From the NCBI RefSeq assembly GCF_963921235.1, contig NC_086097.1, positions 23,934,001 to 23,998,000 of the forward strand: a DNA stretch of 64,000 nt, given 5' to 3'. The DNA is from Mobula hypostoma (taxonomy: Eukaryota). Shown here piece after piece: positions 62,115 through 64,000 of the stretch (positions are counted from its first letter, which is position 1; the number at the start of each line of letters is the position of its first letter). The notes beneath the pieces are model-generated. The model saw only the letters and a list, made by a program, of their open reading frames with translations, searched no databases and was not told the origin of the DNA. The position numbers and the translations under genes are program-made.

Positions 62115-63452
62115 AAGTTCAAAGTTAATGTTATTATCAAAGTAAGTTTATGTCACCAAATACTACCCTAAGACTCATTTTCTTACTGGAATCCACAGTA
62201 GAACGAAGGAGTACAAAATAATCAATGAAAAACTACACACAAAGATTGACATGTTGGGCAAATACAAAAAGAAGCCAGTAATAATACTAAGAATACAAGG
62301 TTAGAGTTCTTGAAAATGAGTTCAAAGATTGTGTTCAATGACAATCAGTTCAGTATTGTGTTGTGTGAAGATGTCTACACTGGTTCAGGAACTTGATCAT
62401 TGAACTGTTCCTGAACCTGCACCGGGTGTGGGACCTGAGGCTCCTGTACCTCCTTCCTGATGGTAGCAGCGAGAAGAGAGCATGGCCTAGATGCTAGGCG
62501 TCCTTTAAGATGGATGCTGCTTTCTTGTAGCAGAGCTCTTTGCAGTTGTGTTCAACGATGGTGGGGGGGGGGGTGGGGGGAGCGGTTTCCTCTGATGGAC
62601 AAGGCTTTACTCACCACTTCCTGTAGGTTTTTTCATTCTTGGCCATGGGTGTTTCCATACCAGACCTTGATGCATCCAGACAGAATACTCTCCACCGTGC
62701 ATTTGTAGAAGTTTGCCATTGTTTTAGATGACATGATGAATCTGCGCAAACTTCTAAGAAAGTAGAAATGCTGCTGTGCTTTCTTTGAAATGGCATTTGC
62801 ATGCTGGTTCTGGTCCCAGGACAGATCCTCTGAAATTATAACACCCAGGACCTTAAAGTTACTGACACTCTCCACCTCTGGTCCCCCAATGAGCACTGGC
62901 TCATGGACGCCCAATTTCTTCCTCTTGTAATCAATAATTGCCTCTATGGTTTTGCTGATGTTGAGGGAGAGGTTGTTGTGGTGACACCACTCAACCAGAT
63001 ATTCAATCTCCCTCCTTTATACCAATCCATCACCACCTTTGACTTAACCAGCAGCAGTGGTGTCATCAGCAAACTTGAATATGACATTGGAGCTGTACTT
63101 TGCCTCACAGTCATAACTGTAAAGTGAGTAGATCAGGGAGTTAAGCACACAGCCTTGTAGTGCACCTGCGCTGATGGTGATGGTGGAGGAGATGTAGTTG
63201 TCTATCGAAACTGACTGAGATTTGCAAGTGAGGAAATCGAGGACCCAGTTACACAAGGAGGTATTGAGGCCTATGTTTTGGAGCTTATTGATTAAGTGAT
63301 AGTGTTGAATGCTGTATCCTGATGTATTCATCTTCACTGTCCAGATACTCATGAGCTGAGTGGAGAGCCAATTAAATTAATTGACCTACTGTGATGGTAG
63401 GCAAATTAGAGTGGATCCAAGTCACTCCTCAGGCAGGAGTTGATAAGCTTCA
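62115..63452 (-). mobile_element. Rex1/Babar LINE RT-to-3'UTR fragment
   Basis: [10 protein letters not shown]...[20 protein letters not shown]...[28 protein letters not shown]. Confidence 0.9.
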
Positions 63453-63892
63453 TGCCTGTACATTTTGTCCTGTTAAGCCTGGACGGCAATCTCAGCTTTA
63501 TAAGGCAGTGGAAGACCTCATTAGCCCCACACAGAGCTGGTGTACGCTAAATTGAGAGATAACACATGTATGACACCAGTGGTGAATGAAAAGCTCCTTA
63601 ATTACTGCATTTTTTTCAGCAACATAAAACTAGTAAATGAAAACATGTGACCATTAGTAATGCCAGCTCTCTTAAAATTTTAATTAACCTTTTTAACAGA
63701 ATGCTATAAAGGTTTGTTACCCCCTAGTTTTGCTTTCAATTTTCAATTTTAGACAACAGTAACAAAACATTTCAATAACCCTCAGAAGATCTTGGTAATA
63801 AAAAAAAAACAAGATCATTGCATTACACCTTCAACACTTGTGTGTTCTAAACCAACAATACACATTTACACACACTCACTGTGTTTAAGAAT

Positions 63893-64000
63893 TCCCGGTG
63901 CGTCCTCCTCTACATCGGTGAAACCCGATGCAGATTGGGGGACCACTTCGTCGAGCACCTCCGCTCCGTCCGCCACAACAGACAGGATCTCCCGGTTGCT
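63893..64000 (+). mobile_element. Penelope-like element GIY-YIG endonuclease fragment (runs off the window)
   Basis: SRCVLLYIGETRCRLGDHFVEHLRSVRHNRQDLPVA: YIG motif plus R-L-x-x-x-F-x-EH. Confidence 0.85.

Noticed and set aside
1..64000. CRISPR arrays, rRNA, operons or other prokaryotic or viral systems
   Set aside because: No regularly spaced repeat-spacer arrays, no rRNA motifs and no long non-TE ORFs; the content is vertebrate retroelement DNA.

Overview
Eukaryotic, repeat-dominated non-coding DNA, either a long intron or intergenic sequence. The repeat content points to a cartilaginous fish, probably a ray (inference): CR1 LINEs with an SGNH-esterase ORF1, Rex1/Babar LINEs, HE1-type V-SINEs, Deu-domain SINE relics, Penelope-like elements, RTE derivatives and Tc1/mariner relics. 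No host protein-coding exon could be identified, and every recognisable ORF is a broken retroelement or transposase fragment. Family names come from motif recognition, not database searches, and most boundaries are approximate. Main points: (1) Penelope-derived repeats carry a minimal type I hammerhead ribozyme motif, with complete cores at 18776-18811 and 49703-49740; the second lies in an 87-bp-arm palindromic insertion with a 16-bp TSD. (2) An unexplained ~270-bp segment occurs twice in inverted orientation (6322-6590 and 12250-12510), keeping one open frame across a 9-nt indel. (3) An R4/Dong-type REL-endonuclease LINE fragment sits in a TAA-rich tract. (4) Two multi-level nested insertions can be ordered by their TSDs. 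(5) Several non-autonomous LINE-derived elements and a three-TIR mariner MITE are present.
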